DNA of 64,000 nt, taken from NCBI RefSeq assembly GCF_009914755.1, contig NC_060930.1; one strand, written 5' to 3'. The notes beneath the pieces were generated by a model that worked only from the letters and a program-made list of their open reading frames with translations, had not been told where the DNA came from and ran no database searches. Of this stretch, positions 1-17,011 are shown piece after piece. The position numbers and the translations under genes are program-made. How positions within the stretch are numbered: position 1 is the first letter of the stretch; each line of letters opens with the position of its first letter. The stretch comes from the human T2T-CHM13v2.0 reference genome, Homo sapiens.

Positions 1-138
1 CTACATACACACTTTGAATGAATACTGCTTATGTTAGTATTTAAAGTTTGTGACAATCAGCTGCTTCTTGCTAGTTCACTTAGTTAATCTTGGTTGGATT
101 GATGACAATGTTGCTTTCAGTGCCTGTTGTATAGGAAA

Positions 139-434
<296 letters not shown>

Positions 435-617
435 CCTGTGAAACTGTTTTTATGTTTTGCTTTTCAGATACTTACAGTAGAAAACAAATCTAACAGAGGT
501 TTGTTGAGAATAGATTTTAAAGCAATTTCAACAAGCTCAATATATTTGTAGGTACCTTGTATTCAAATTAAACAATTGTAATTTCAGCTTTCCTTTTTTT
601 TCTGTTTATTTTTTCTT

Positions 618-746
618 AAAAATATTTGATAGAGACAGGGTTTCACCATGTTGCCCAGGTTGGTCTCAAACTCCTGAGCTCAAGTAATCCACCTGCCTTG
701 GCCTCCCAAAGTGCTGGAATTACAGGTGTGAGCCACCATACCCGTC
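618..746 (-). mobile_element. Alu monomer (FLAM/AluJ-like)
   Basis: Single left-arm sequence ...ctcctgagctcaagtaatccacctgccttggcctcccaaagtgctgg. Confidence 0.85.
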
Positions 747-1042
747 TGAAACAAATGTGTTTTCAAAATCCATCTTCAATCCTTCATCTGTCAACAGTTC
801 TATTAGTTTATTTTGTAAAGGTATAGTTATGTTTAAATATGATGAAATTCTTTTGAGGAAAGAAATGGGTTCTGGATTTTATATACTTATTTAGATTATA
901 GTTGGCAAACCAGCCTTAAAATATCACATCTGTAGCCTGTTCCTTCAGTGTACAACAGATAGCAACTCTCACCACTAGCCACTTACCACACAAGTCTAAC
1001 AAAGAGTGAATAGGTACATACTTCATTCAAAAATGGAGTATA

Positions 1043-1410
<368 letters not shown>

Positions 1411-3567
1411 TTACCCTCAATTTCTGAAATGATCTTGTTGGGACTGTGAACAGCAGGTGCAGGAGTGGTACCAGAATGTAAGTTTGAATAGTGCTGTCCA
1501 AGGAGGGTTTTGTCTGTATTAAAGTTTGAATCACAGAACTGAATGCCAAACTTCAGGCTTGGTGTAATTCGAAGGAAATAGAGCAGGACATCACCTCTCT
1601 CATTCTAAATACTTTACTTTTGTGAATGCAGCCCAAGTTTGGGAAGGGGGGAATGGGTGTGTGCATGTGCATGTGTATATTTGTGCTCATATCACTGTTG
1701 ACTCAACACTTTAAATGGACTAAAATTCCCCGGTGTTTTCATAGTTGCCACTATTCTATCACATCTTCCTTTCATTCCTAACCCCTGGCTACAATTCCCT
1801 TCTCTAGAGGTGATGAGAATTGGCAGTTGCTTGTGCATGTTTCTAGAGATATTCTTTTCATAAAGGTACAAATGGTACTATACTATGTACCATTGTTATT
1901 TGTATAGATGCACTATTAAACACCTTACTTTCTTCACTAACTGTATCTTGGAGAATCATTCATATTGGTATATAAAGAACTTCCCCATTTCATTTCAAGA
2001 CTACATCATATTCTATAGTATGGATGTCTCATATTTGTTTAAGAAGTTACATATCAAAGAATATTCATGTAGTATGTTGTCTTTTGCTATATTATAATTG
2101 GATAACTACATATTCCTCATTTTCTATATTTAGTAACCTATCTTATAGATATATCCTCAGGACTGGAACTTCAGGGCCAAAAGATAAGTGCATATTAAGT
2201 TTTGTTATGTATTTATGCCAACAATTTATACCAAAATTATACCTGTTCACATTGCCACCAGCAATGTATGAGACTACCTGTTTGGGGGAATTTCTGAGTT
2301 TTTTTGTTAATCATAACTGCAGTAGGTAGAATTAACCAACTGATTTTTTTATTTTATAAAATTGATCTAGGATTGAAGGAATTAAGCTCAAGCCACAGGT
2401 TCTCTGTCCTGATGATAATCATTGTACTTTTGAGTGGCAATTTGATCTCATGTGTATCTAAATCCATAAAATAGCAACAGAACAGGAATCAATTGTGTTT
2501 TTAAAACGCAAACCTTTGGATGGTTTCATTACTTAATGCAGACTCGTGCATTTAAATGGGAAGCTAAATTGAATGCCATAATCATATTGTTTATTAAAGT
2601 TTTTGTTAAAAGTAATTTTGAAAGAATCATTTTACATTTGTCGCTTCAGTCAGACTGAACCTAAAGACTTATTAATTATAAAAAAATTTTTTAAGTGATC
2701 CCCATCACAGTCTATAGGGCCTGCCCTCTGTGATTTCCTCTGTGGAGGTCAGTCTTGGTTTTGCTCACAGGAAGCTTTATGTTTCTTGTCCTGTATGTCA
2801 GTGTGGTCTGACAGCAATCCCCAGGTCCTGGCCAGTGGTACTGATGTCACATTATTTTATGCCGCTTGCTTTGGCGTATCCTTGAGGTAGCCATGGAACC
2901 AGAATCCACTCTGATGGCTTTCTCCTGATAGGTGAACAAGTAATTGCATTTGCAGTCTGAGGACATTTATTTCCAGAAGATCAGCCCTGTGCCCCTGAAT
3001 CCTGCAGCACTTAATCAGAGCACTAAGGGAGCGACCATCCCCAAGGCCTTGTCACTCTGGCTCTCGAGTCCTGCATTTTATACAAGAAACAGCTTAGGGT
3101 TCACTGAGCTGAATGTGCCTGAAAAAGAGAAACCCAACTTGCTCACAGACACCATTGTATTCTATGAACACAAACTGATTTTGTGATTTTCACTAGACAT
3201 AAATGTTGATGCCTAGGTTTAAAAAGAAAACGTTCTTTGGATTTGTTAGAGAGGATTGTTTTGGCCCTTTTCTTGAAGTCAGTGAAACATTAGTATGATA
3301 TTGGGGTAGAAAAATTCCTCATAGTTGAAATATTTTAATTGTGTTTATTGGTCTTGTGGTGTTGGCTGCCAGTTGAGTTGTCTACTCCAAATTGACAGTA
3401 ACTCCATAAGTCACAAGCATCTGAGATATATTTTGTGTATTTTGAGGGTCTTTAGTGAATATATAATATTCCATATGGTTTTAGAATTCTAAAGTGATTA
3501 GGATTAATTTCCATCCCAGCATCATTGAATTTAGGACCTCAATTTTCTAACCACACATCAGACTGTG

Positions 3568-3893
3568 CAGTCGACCCTCTGCATCCACAAGTTCCACATC
3601 TGTGGATTCAACCAACTATAGATAAAAAAATATGGAAAAAAGCCAATACAAATAACAAAACAACAATAAAAATAATACAAATAAAAACAACACATGATAA
3701 CAGTTATTTATCTAGCATTTACAGTGTATTTGGTATTATAAGTAATCTAGAGATGATTTAAAGTATACAGAAGAATATGTGTAGCTTATATGAGAATATT
3801 ATTCCATTTTATATGGGAGACTTGAGCATCCTCAGGTTTTCATATCTTCCGGGGTCCTAGAACCAATTCCCCAAGGATACCAAGGAACGACCG
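3568..3893 (-). mobile_element. MER2-like non-autonomous Tigger DNA transposon
   Basis: TIR-like ends cagtcgaccctctgcatcc / ggataccaaggaacgaccg+TA, with internal aagtaatctagagatgatttaaagtatac. Confidence 0.85.
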
Positions 3894-4678
3894 TAGTTTC
3901 CAAGTAAAATATGCCCCAATTTATTATCACCTTTACTGATACTAGTTACTCTAATTGAGCAAGTGAGAAGATATTGTATTATGATCTGAAGAGAAATCTG
4001 TAAACTGTTAAAATATTGAATTTGTGATAAAGTGTCCTTGACTCTACTTTTAAGGACCGTCATTTAATTAGCAGCAACAGTGGGGCTTCTCTACAGACAT
4101 GACTAGTTTAGCAAAGGAAAGGGGAAACCAAGACCTTGAAAAGCAAAAGGCATTTTACAAAATAGATTCCATAATTAGTTGAGTTATTACATCTCTGAAA
4201 AGGGCAGGCTTCTCTAATTACATATCTACTCTGGGACTTTTCTTTCAAATTGATGCCTGAGACTTCCTTGATTTTAAAAAAGTCACCATAATGGAAAAAA
4301 TAAGATGTTATGTTTCCTATAAAAAATAGGAACTAGTGTTTCAGGCTATCCTTTTTCCTGTTTCCAAGCTGTTAATGGAGAGAAATTTCTTTTAAAGCCC
4401 AGTTCTAATGCAAAAGAGGTGACTGCATTTTAACTGGCAGCCTGAAATGTTATCAGCTCATTTAGATGTAGAGTCTGTTATTTAAAAATATTGTGTTTCT
4501 TTTTAGTGCTTTTTACCTCTAACATACTATTTTTAATAATTTTTTTTTTTTTACCAGTTAACTAGGCAGCAATACTACAGCCATGCTAGTTAACACGCCG
4601 CTTAATATTTCTTAATGTGAATTCATGTATTTTGGAACTTGATGTTAAAAAATAATTTTAAAAATCAATTTTAAAGAT

Positions 4679-5371
<693 letters not shown>

Positions 5372-5761
5372 CATATTATATTCTTTAAGATTATTCTTCT
5401 AAGTATGATACTTTCCCTCTACTTTTAATCCTCCCACCTACCAAATGGCTAGTTGTTTCTGTTTCCTTTCTTCAGGTTCTTTCTGCGTTGTCTTTATGAG
5501 ACAAGGGGATATGCAATGAATATTGGATATTGGAAGTCAATGAATAGTTTTATGCAATGATGTTTTTATGAGAATATTCCTCTATTATTCAAAATAGCAT
5601 TGAGGGGGCATCTTTATTCAAATAATTGTTAGTGCCTAGCTAGGACTCTGAGAGCTTACTGTTTATTAAAAATAAATTTCCGTATACACCAAGCTTGAGA
5701 AAGATAGTTCTATAAACATATTCTACATATGGACTGAATCTACTAATATGTTATCCAATGA

Positions 5762-6180
<419 letters not shown>

Positions 6181-6402
6181 CCATTTTCTGTTTTTAAGAC
6201 ACCTAAATTTTCCTGACATACCATTGGGATTTAATAACTTTATGAGGAGACTATAGGGAACTTGGAGTTAAAAATGGAAGGAGTAATTAACCCAACCCCT
6301 TGTAGTCATTAGCAGGCAAAGTCAATGAATTTGCCATAGCAAATGCAGGTGTACCCTGTTGACTTCTAATGTTATTGTCTTCACTTTCTGTAATCATTTT
6401 AG

Positions 6403-6720
6403 GACCTGCTCAGTGCTGTAGAAGCAAAAGAAGCTCTTGAAAGGGAAGTTAAGATCTTCCAAGAAAGGCTGCTTGCTGGCCAGCAGGTCTGGGATGCCTC
6501 AAAGCAGGAAGTGAGCCTCCTGAAGAAAAGCTCTTCTGAGTTGGAGAAGAGTTTGAAGGCCAGTCAGGATGCAGTCACAACCTCACAAAGCCAGTACTCC
6601 TCATTTAGGGAGAAAATCGCAGCCCTCCTTAGGGGCAGATTGAGCATGACTGGGTCCACTGAGGACACCATTTTGGAGAAGATTCGAGAAATGGACAGCC
6701 GGGAAGAAAGCAGGGACCGG
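6403..6720 (+). CDS. CCDC170: CCDC170 coding exon 6 (106 codons, DLLSAVEAKE...REESRDR)
   Basis: Acceptor catttttag ends 6402 and donor GTGAGT starts 6721. 318 nt, phase 0/0, open coiled-coil frame matching recalled CCDC170. Confidence 0.97.
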
Positions 6721-6790
6721 GTGAGTGGGTCATGGCTGTTTACAGACATCTTAAGAACAGTGAGCTCATTCATTTAGCATGCTCAGTGAC

Positions 6791-7155
6791 TGTATTAGTC
6801 TATTCTCACGCTGCTATAAGAAATACCCGAGACTGGGTAATTTATAAAGACAAAGAGGTTTAATGGATTCACAGTTCCACATGGCTGGGGAGGCCTCACA
6901 ATCATGGCAGAAAGCAAAGGAGGAGCAAAGGCACATCTTACGTGGTGGCAGGCAAGAGAGAGAGTGTGCAGGGGAACTGCCCTTTATAAAACCATCAGAT
7001 CTCCTGAGAGTTATTCTCTATCACAAGAACAGCATGGGAAAAAGCTACCCCCATAATTCAATTACCTCCCACCAGGTCCCTCCCACGACACGTGGGGATG
7101 ATGGGAGCTACAATTCAAGATGAGATTTGGGTGGAGACACAGCCAAACCATATCA
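6791..7155 (-). mobile_element. THE1-type solo LTR (ERVL-MaLR)
   Basis: Runs tgtattagtc...aaaccatatca with a perfect 5-bp TSD GTGAC (6786-6790, 7156-7160). Confidence 0.92.
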
Positions 7156-7189
7156 GTGACTTATCTCAATTAGCTAAAAGCATCACTTA

Positions 7190-7585
<396 letters not shown>

Positions 7586-7668
7586 TCACTGTCCATGTGA
7601 GCTTGGGTAGGTTCTTGAGTTTACGGCCTCGGAGATTTTGTTTTCTTATCTACAGAAAGGGGTTAGCA

Positions 7669-8001
7669 CAGGTTCCATGACCCCTTACCTGAAACTCTTG
7701 GGGCCCACGGTGTTTTTGAGTTCAGAATTTTTCAGAGCTTAGAAAGGTAATGCAGAGTGCAGCCTTACACAGCCCTCCACTGTGGTGTCTGGGACAGTTT
7801 CCTACCGTCAATCACATTCACAGGTCTGTAGCTAAGCCCGCGAGCAACAGTAAGTGGGATAAATGAAGACTGCAAATAGCCTCTTGTCATTTTGGGTCAG
7901 GATTTGCTGCCCAGCTGGGTCAGGTCAGGCCAAGCTTTGTCAGTAAATGAGTTATGAAAAAACCTGGATTTTGGAATTACAGATAAAAGTTCCCAGACCT
8001 G
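7669..8001 (-). mobile_element. MER46C-like Tigger element inserted in a MIR
   Basis: Termini cagg...cctg+TA and internal aagtgggataaatgaagact / ggtcaggtcagg. MIR halves at ~7540-7665 and ~8002-8110. Confidence 0.75.
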
Positions 8002-8595
8002 TAATGGTATCTGGCCGATCAGGTTATTGTTTCATGTATGTATTGAATGAAAAAAATTGTTATAAAGATCTTAACTCATTGCCTGGCAAGTCACAACAAT
8101 AAATATTAACTATTGCTGCTGTTGCCTCTCCTTCTTCCTCCTTCTCTCCTTTTTTTCATAATGTGTTGGTGGCCTGAACAGTCTTTCAGGGGTCCTATCT
8201 AACAAATGGAGAAAAATGGTTTAATTCACGTATATGATTGAGGCTTGTTTAACTCTGTCATCTTGTTTCTACTATCAAGAACTCTCTTTCTCTATAAAGC
8301 TTTACCTAGCAGAGTCCACTTCAGTGCAAGCTTTGTTTAAATTATCATCAAACCTAAATTATAGAAGTCCTAGTTAATGAGACTTTAAAGTAAATGATCT
8401 CCAAAGTCCTTGTATAATTCCATTATGAAATATTTCTTCTATTGCTGTCGTGCTTGCTTGAAAGGAGAAAACGCATTTTACCATCTTTTAATGTTACTAA
8501 AAAACTCAGAAGAATCACTAACTCAAAGTTCAGGGTTGCATTTGTCAATTTCCTTTAGTGATAGTAAATTCCCTTTAAAAATTCTCCAAAATTCA

Positions 8596-9057
<462 letters not shown>

Positions 9058-9259
9058 GCCAAGTGCATTTTCTATCTCTTTGTGGAGATAAAATGTGGAG
9101 TGCTCATTGGCTGTCCTCCACTCTAATGTGTAGAGGTCTCCGCGAGTAACTTAGTTTTTCTTGTGACTCAGTTTACATGGAGGTACTTGAGAAAGAAAAT
9201 GATTTATAGGTTTGGAAATAAGCTTCATTAAGTCATTTCCTTAAATGGTAACAGATATG

Positions 9260-9620
9260 CAGACGATTTCCAGCTCATGAAAATTTAATTTAAAAAATTT
9301 TCAACTTGACGATGGTGTGAAAGTGATACACATTCAGTGGAAACCACACTTTGAGTGTGCATGCAGCCATCCTGTTCTTCACTTTCAGTATTCAACAAAT
9401 TACATGAGACTTTCAATACTTTATTATAAAATAGGCTTTGTGTTAGATGATTTTGCCCAAATATAGGCCAATGTAAGTGTTCTGAGCACTTTTAAGGTAG
9501 GGTAGGCGAAGCCATGATATTCGGTAGGTTAGGTATATTAAATGCATTTCTGACTTAAGGAACTTTCAACTAACACGTCTTTGTTGGGACACAACCTCAC
9601 CATTCGTCGAGGAGCATCTG
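9260..9620 (-). mobile_element. MER47A-like Tigger element
   Basis: Ends gtcgaggagcatctg+TA, with internal aataggctttgtgttagatgattttgccc. Confidence 0.82.
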
Positions 9621-10356
9621 TACTTCAATAGCTAATTTTTTTTTTTTTTGCCATTTCATTTTATTGCTTTCCACTTCTATATTTTCAAGTAGTTTCTTAA
9701 AACTACTTTAATCCCAAACAAGGCGCATAATTATCAGCATGATGTATATGTTTATTTTCTAAAGCCAAATGATGTAAATTGGTTAAGCTGGGTATGCTTT
9801 CTCCCACTCCCCATAAAAATTAGAATGATTCAGAGTCTTTTTAGTGCCTTTGTCTGCCATTCCTACCCTGTAATTTTTTTCAATAGCTGCCCTCCCTATT
9901 TAAAAGCCTGAAATCAAGCATATAGCTGGTGTCTTGTGTGACTCATCTTCACGTAAAATCAGGAGAAAATGGATTTCATATATTGTCTTAGAAATGTTTC
10001 TAAAGAATGGGAGCTTTACAAATTGATGAATCTGTTTGTTGAGGAGGCTGCATGTCCCTGCCAGCTGCCATGGCTACGCACACAGTCAGTGGCTGAGTAA
10101 TTCTGATGTGAAGGCTCCACGGCGGGTTCAGGCTCAGCTTGGCAGATTCTCCGCTTCAGGCCGGCTCCTGCTTCCCGAACGTTGCTTGTCTTGTTTACCC
10201 CTGTGCTATCCATTTTTCCCCTCCTGTGTTTGCAATTCTCAGTAGAATTCAGGACACCACCCACACTTTTACAGCACGTCATTTCTACTTGTTCCTTGCA
10301 TATCTGCTTCTGGCAAGATCTAATCTTCTTTTTAGAAGCTTTACTATATCTTAGAG

Positions 10357-10568
10357 CAAGGTTTTCCATCCTCAGAACTATTGACATTTTGGACTGGATA
10401 ATTTTTTGCTCTGGGGGCCAGTCCTGTGCATTGCAGGATTTTGAGCGGCGTCCTTGGCCTCTACCCGCTAGTAGCACTCCCCTTCCCAGTTTGTGACAAC
10501 CACAGATGTCTTTAGAGACTGCCTAATGTCCGCCGGGGGTCAAAATTGCCCCCAGTTGAAAACCACTG
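10357..10568 (+). mobile_element. MER20 (hAT-Charlie)
   Basis: caaggttttc...gaaaaccactg with a perfect 8-bp TSD TCTTAGAG. Confidence 0.9.
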
Positions 10569-10880
10569 TCTTAGAGGAATGTTCTACTGCCAGGTTCCCA
10601 CGAATTCTAAATGAGTATTTAGATGTTACTTAGCCTTGGAATTTCAGGACACCATAGCAGTTGTTTATGAAATAATGACTTCTTGCACAATGACAGAAAG
10701 TTACGACATTTTCAGATTTTACTTTAGAATTTTGAGGCAATTTTGTTTTCTTCTTCACCTCTATCTGGACATTTTTCCTGTTCTGCTTTAGGTACACCTA
10801 AGGCTTTATTTCCTTCCTTGAGGTGTTTGCTGGTCCAGGGGCTCTGTGGGAGCTGTGGGGACCCCCCCGATGCTATAAAG

Positions 10881-11193
10881 CAAGGGTCTCCAACCCTCTG
10901 GCTGCGCACCCGCACCAGTGCCTGGCCTAGTAGGAAATGGGCTGCACAGGAGGAGGTGAGCGGTGGGCGAGCGAGCATTGCTTCCTGAGTTCACCTCCTG
11001 TCAGATCAGCAGCGGCATTAGATTCTCATAGGAACGTGAACGCTATTGCGAACTGTGCATGCGAGGGATCTAGGTTGCGTGCATCTTATGAGAATCTAAT
11101 CCCTGATGATCTGAGGTGAAACAGTTTCATTCTGACACAAAAATTGTCATCCACGAAACCAGTCTCTGGTGACAAAAAGGCTGGTGATCTCTG
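10881..11193 (+). mobile_element. MER1B-like (hAT-Charlie)
   Basis: Contains cagatcagcagcggcattagattctcatagga. 8-bp TSD ctataaag/ctgtgaag. Confidence 0.88.
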
Positions 11194-11440
11194 CTGTGAA
11201 GGACTGGAGATGTGCTTCACAGCCCCCTCCTCCCCATTCTGATCTCAGAGCCCGATTATCATTCTCCTGCTCTGTTCTTAACCCTGCCACCTACTAAAGT
11301 GAGCATCTTCCCAGAAGCACCAGCACACTTCCATTTGGGACGTTTCATTATCCAAAATTATGTTGTGCGGTTGCTCCGGGCTACAGAGGCATCTGAGAGA
11401 GCGAACAGATGGAAGTTTCAGCTTTTCCAGCCTCTCCAGT

Positions 11441-11882
11441 TATATGAGTTTCCTGGGGCTGCTACGACAAAGTACCGCAACTGGGAGGCTTAAATAACAG
11501 AAAGTTCTTGCCTCACAGTTCTGGAGATGAGAAGTCTGGCATCAAGGTGTCAGTAGGGTTGGTTCCTTCTGAGGGCTGTGAGGGAGAGTCTGTCCCATGC
11601 CTCACTCCTAGCTTCTGCTGGCCTCAGGCATTGCATTCTTTGTTGTAGGGATAGTGTTCTTCCTGTGTGTTCACATTGCCTTCCTCTATGCATGTCGGTC
11701 TTCGTGTCCAAATTTCCCCTCTTATAAGGACCTCAGTCATCTGGGATTAGGGTCCACCTTAGGGACCTCGTTTTCACTTCATCACCACTCTAAAGACCCG
11801 ATCTCCAAAGAAAGGCACATTCTGAGGTACTGGGGGGCTTCAACATATCTTTTTTGAGGGGGACCTAATTTAACTCAAAACA
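11441..11882 (-). mobile_element. MLT1B/C-like LTR
   Basis: ctcacagttctggag...atcaaggtgtcagtagggttggttccttctgagggctg MaLR motifs. Confidence 0.8.
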
Positions 11883-14800
11883 AAAGTTGAGATGAACAGA
11901 GGAGGTGGGATAGAGTTAGCCAGTCAACAGTGCTGGCCACACAAGCCGACAGAAGGGAAGGAGGATTTGGTCGACACTTTCTAGTACCTGATAACTTACA
12001 TATTCCCCAAGTGCAAATTATAGCTTGAGTAATTGGAAAAGAGTTTATGTCTAAAAGGAACTGGACTTTAAGTGACCCAAATGGCTCTTTCTTCAGTGTA
12101 GAACTTTTTGGCTTCTATTTGGTTTAATTTTAGGACAAAATTGTCTCTCTGGTGAAATCAATGCATAGTTGTCCCTGGGGAGTGAATTAAATCTTTTAGG
12201 GCATTATGACTTTACTTCTAAAAACCATGCAGCTTATTCTTTAACTATATTGTGCTTTTTGTTTAAAAAAAAAAGCACAAACAAAAAAATATCTTTTTTG
12301 TTTAAAGGTATGTATTCTTCACCCCTCACCCTCCACTGCCCACCTCTAGTGTTGAAATATCTGGTGCATTTTGTCCCATAGAATATCAGGTATATGTTAA
12401 GAAATGATCCTAAGAAAAAGAAAAGAAAAGAAAGAAAGGCTTATTTATTGTTTAGACTTTTTGGTGTGAAAAACAGCACAAGTTTACGGTTTTGGTGGAG
12501 CACATATGTTCACTCAGGCACTGGCATTTGATGTTCCCAAGAATAAGTCAGAATGGAAAGTTAATTTATTTGAATTAATTTATCTAAATTTAGTTAGAAA
12601 AAAACTTAGTGGTGTCATGTGCACTGACACCTAAATAAGCTTCTGAAGCTACGTTCTGTGATCTGATAGAGTACAGGAGGGCTCTCAGCTGTTTTCTTCT
12701 CTCTGGACACAAGAATCTTGGCATGGCAGGTATCCCCTGCAAATTTCAGCGATCTACGTATTAGTGGTTTTAAAGTCTCACTTCGCTGAGTCTCAAGGCT
12801 CTGTAGAGCACCCTCAGGTCCAGATGGGGTGAAGATGCAAGAGAGACCTTCTTGCCTTTGATTCAAACACATTTGTCCCTTATTTGTTCTTCCTAGAAAG
12901 ACTTCTAGTTGAGAGAAAGACTATGCTGAAAATAGTTTGAGAAACATGACATAGGACAATTCCTGGAGGGTTCTTTAGCTCCTCATGGCGACAGCATAGG
13001 ATTGACAGAACCAGTACACTGGAACAGTAACCCTGATGACGGAAATGGACACGATGTGTTGAACTTCAATATGGTGTGAAATACTGTAAATTATCTAAAT
13101 CAGCTCATTGAGTCTTCATAGCAAAGTCTACGAATTTCAGAGAGATTAGTTACTTGCTTCAGTTAACCTGCTAGTAAGTGGTACAGGGGAAATTGAAACC
13201 AGGGCTATCTGACTCCAAAGCCTCCGTCCTGCACTCTGGTCTACGTCAGATGCTTACATCTTCCTTTAGGGTCAGTATCACTCCCTTAGTCTAACTTACT
13301 GCAGTTACTCTGGGCATCAGCTTCAGAATGGAGACCATACTGATTGATGTCTACAGAAGGCTTGCTTTTTTCCAGTAAATTCGGTGGTGTGCTGACTATG
13401 GCTAACTGATCACACAGTTCTCCCTCTCTCTGCTTGAGGTTTATTGAATCAATTTTCTCTTTGGTTTCATTCTCTCCGCTATGTCATTTGTGGTATAGGA
13501 GACGTTGAAGGGTCTTCAGGTAGAAATACTCACTTCCTGTTTGCAGTCCAACGTGAAACCACATCTCCTGATGTGCTATACTCCTAATAATGCAAATCAG
13601 TCCCTTGGGAGGCAGCATCTTGTGGACATTTTTCTGTAGATTACATTATTTGTTATACCAAGATAAACACTGTTTCTCTTGCGTTAAGATCAGATTTATC
13701 TGCTATATTAGTAAGTTATACTTACTAATATAGCTATGAATGTATCAGTAGATTTTTTATTATTGGTAAGCAGGAAAGGTAGGAAATAAGAAATGAGGTT
13801 TCTCAGAGCTTCATGTTCTGGGATGACACTAAAAATTTCCTTGGTAAATGTAATTCCTTGGATGTGGCTCTGAATAGCTTACCATCAAATATCTAATTTC
13901 AAGCACACACACAGAAGTGTTAAATTAATTGAATGTCTGGAAGCTTGAGAGCCATGGAAGCACAGGATTGAAGAGTTTAGAGCTCAGGTGGTCTAACCTT
14001 CCTCATGTAGCACTTCAATCTGCATTGCAACATTCTTAATTGGTATAAGCATACCTCAGAGACCACTGCGACAAAGCAAGTGTCACAATAAAGTGAGTCA
14101 CACAATTTTTTTTGGTTTCTCAGTGCATATAAAAGTTATGTTTATACTAGACTATGTAGTCTATTAAGTGTGCAATAACCCTATATCTAAAAAACAATAT
14201 AGATACTTTAATTAAAAATACTTTATTGCTAAGAAGTGCTAACAATCATCTTAGCCTTCAGCAAGTCATAATCTTTTTGCTGGTGGAGGGTTTTGCTGTA
14301 ATGTTGATGGTTACTGCTGATCAGAGTGATGGTTCCTGAAGGTTGGGTGGCTGTGGCAATTTCTTAAAATAAGACAACAACGTAGTTGAAAACAACAATT
14401 GACTCTTTTTTTTCTCAAAAGATTTCTCTGTAGCATGTGAGCTATTTGATAGCGCTTTACCAACAGCAGAACTTCTTTCTAAATTGAGGTCAATCCTCTC
14501 AAACCTTGCTGCTTTTTTGTCAGCTAAATTTATGTTATATTCTAAATGTTTATTGTCATTTCAACAATGTTCAAGCATCTTCACTAGGAGTAAATTTCAT
14601 CTCAATAATTTTCTTTGCTCATCCATGAGAAGCAACTCTTCATCCATTCAAGTTTGATCATGAGGTTACAGCAATTCAGTCACATCTTTAGGCTCCATTT
14701 CTAATTCTAGTTCTCTTGCTATTTCCACCACATCTGCAGTTACTTCCTCCACTGAAGTCCTGAACCCCTCAGAATCATCTCATAGATGACACCTATGATG

Positions 14801-15781
14801 TTATTTTGACCTCCTCTTATGATTTATGAATGTCCTTAATGGTATCAAGAGTAGTGAATCCTTTCCAGAAGGTTTTCAATTTACTTTGCCCAGATCCATC
14901 AGAGGAATCACTCTCTATGGCAGCTGTAGCCTTATGAAGTATATTTCTTACATAATAAGACTTTAAAGTCAGAATTATTCCTTGATCCATGGGCTGCAGA
15001 ATGAATGCTGTGTTAATAGCTGTGAAGACAACATTCATCTCTTTGTACATCTCCATCAGAGTTCGTGGGTGACCAGGTATGTTGTCAATGAGCAGTAATA
15101 TTTTGAAAGGAATCTTTTACTGAGCCATAGGTCTCAACTGTAGGCTTGAAATATTCAGTAAAACTTGATGTGAACAGATGTGCTGTCATCCAGCTTTGCT
15201 GTTCCATTTCTAGAGCACAGTCAGAATAGATTTAGCATATTTCTTAAGGGGCCTAGGGTCTTCAGAATGGTAAATGAGCACTGGCCTCAACTTCAAGTCA
15301 CCAGCTGCATTAACCTCTAACAAGAGAGTCAGCCTGTTCTCTGAAGCTTTGAAGGCAGGCATTGACTTCTCCTCTTTAGCTATGAAAGTCCTAAATGGCA
15401 ACCTCTTCCCATAGAAGGCTGATTTGCCTACATTGAAAGTCTGTTGTTTGGTGTCGCCACCTTCATCAATGATCTTAGCTAGATCTTGTGGATAACTTAC
15501 CCCAGCTTCTACATCAGCACTTACTGCTTTATCTTGTACTTTTATGTTATGGAGATGGCTTCTTTCCTTAAATCTCATGAATCAATCTCTACTAGTTTCA
15601 AACTTTTCTTCTGCAGCTTCTTCACCTCTCTTAGGCTTCATAGATTTAAGGAGAGTTAGGGCCTTGCTTTGGATTAGGCTTTGGCTTAAGGGAATGTTAT
15701 GGCTGGTTTGATGTCTATTCAGACCACTCAAACTTTCTCCATATCAGCAATAAGGCTGTTTTTTTTCTTATCATTTGTGTG

Positions 15782-16521
<740 letters not shown>

Positions 16522-16691
16522 TGGAGTAGCACTTTTAATTTCCTTCAAGAACGCTTCCTTTCTATTCCCAGCTTGGCTAATTGGAGTAAGAGGCCCAATT
16601 TTTGGCCGATCTCAGATTTCAACATGCCTTTCTTACTAAGCTTAGTCATTTCCATCTTTTGAGTTAAAATGAGAGAAGTGCGACTCTTCGC

Positions 16692-17011
<320 letters not shown>

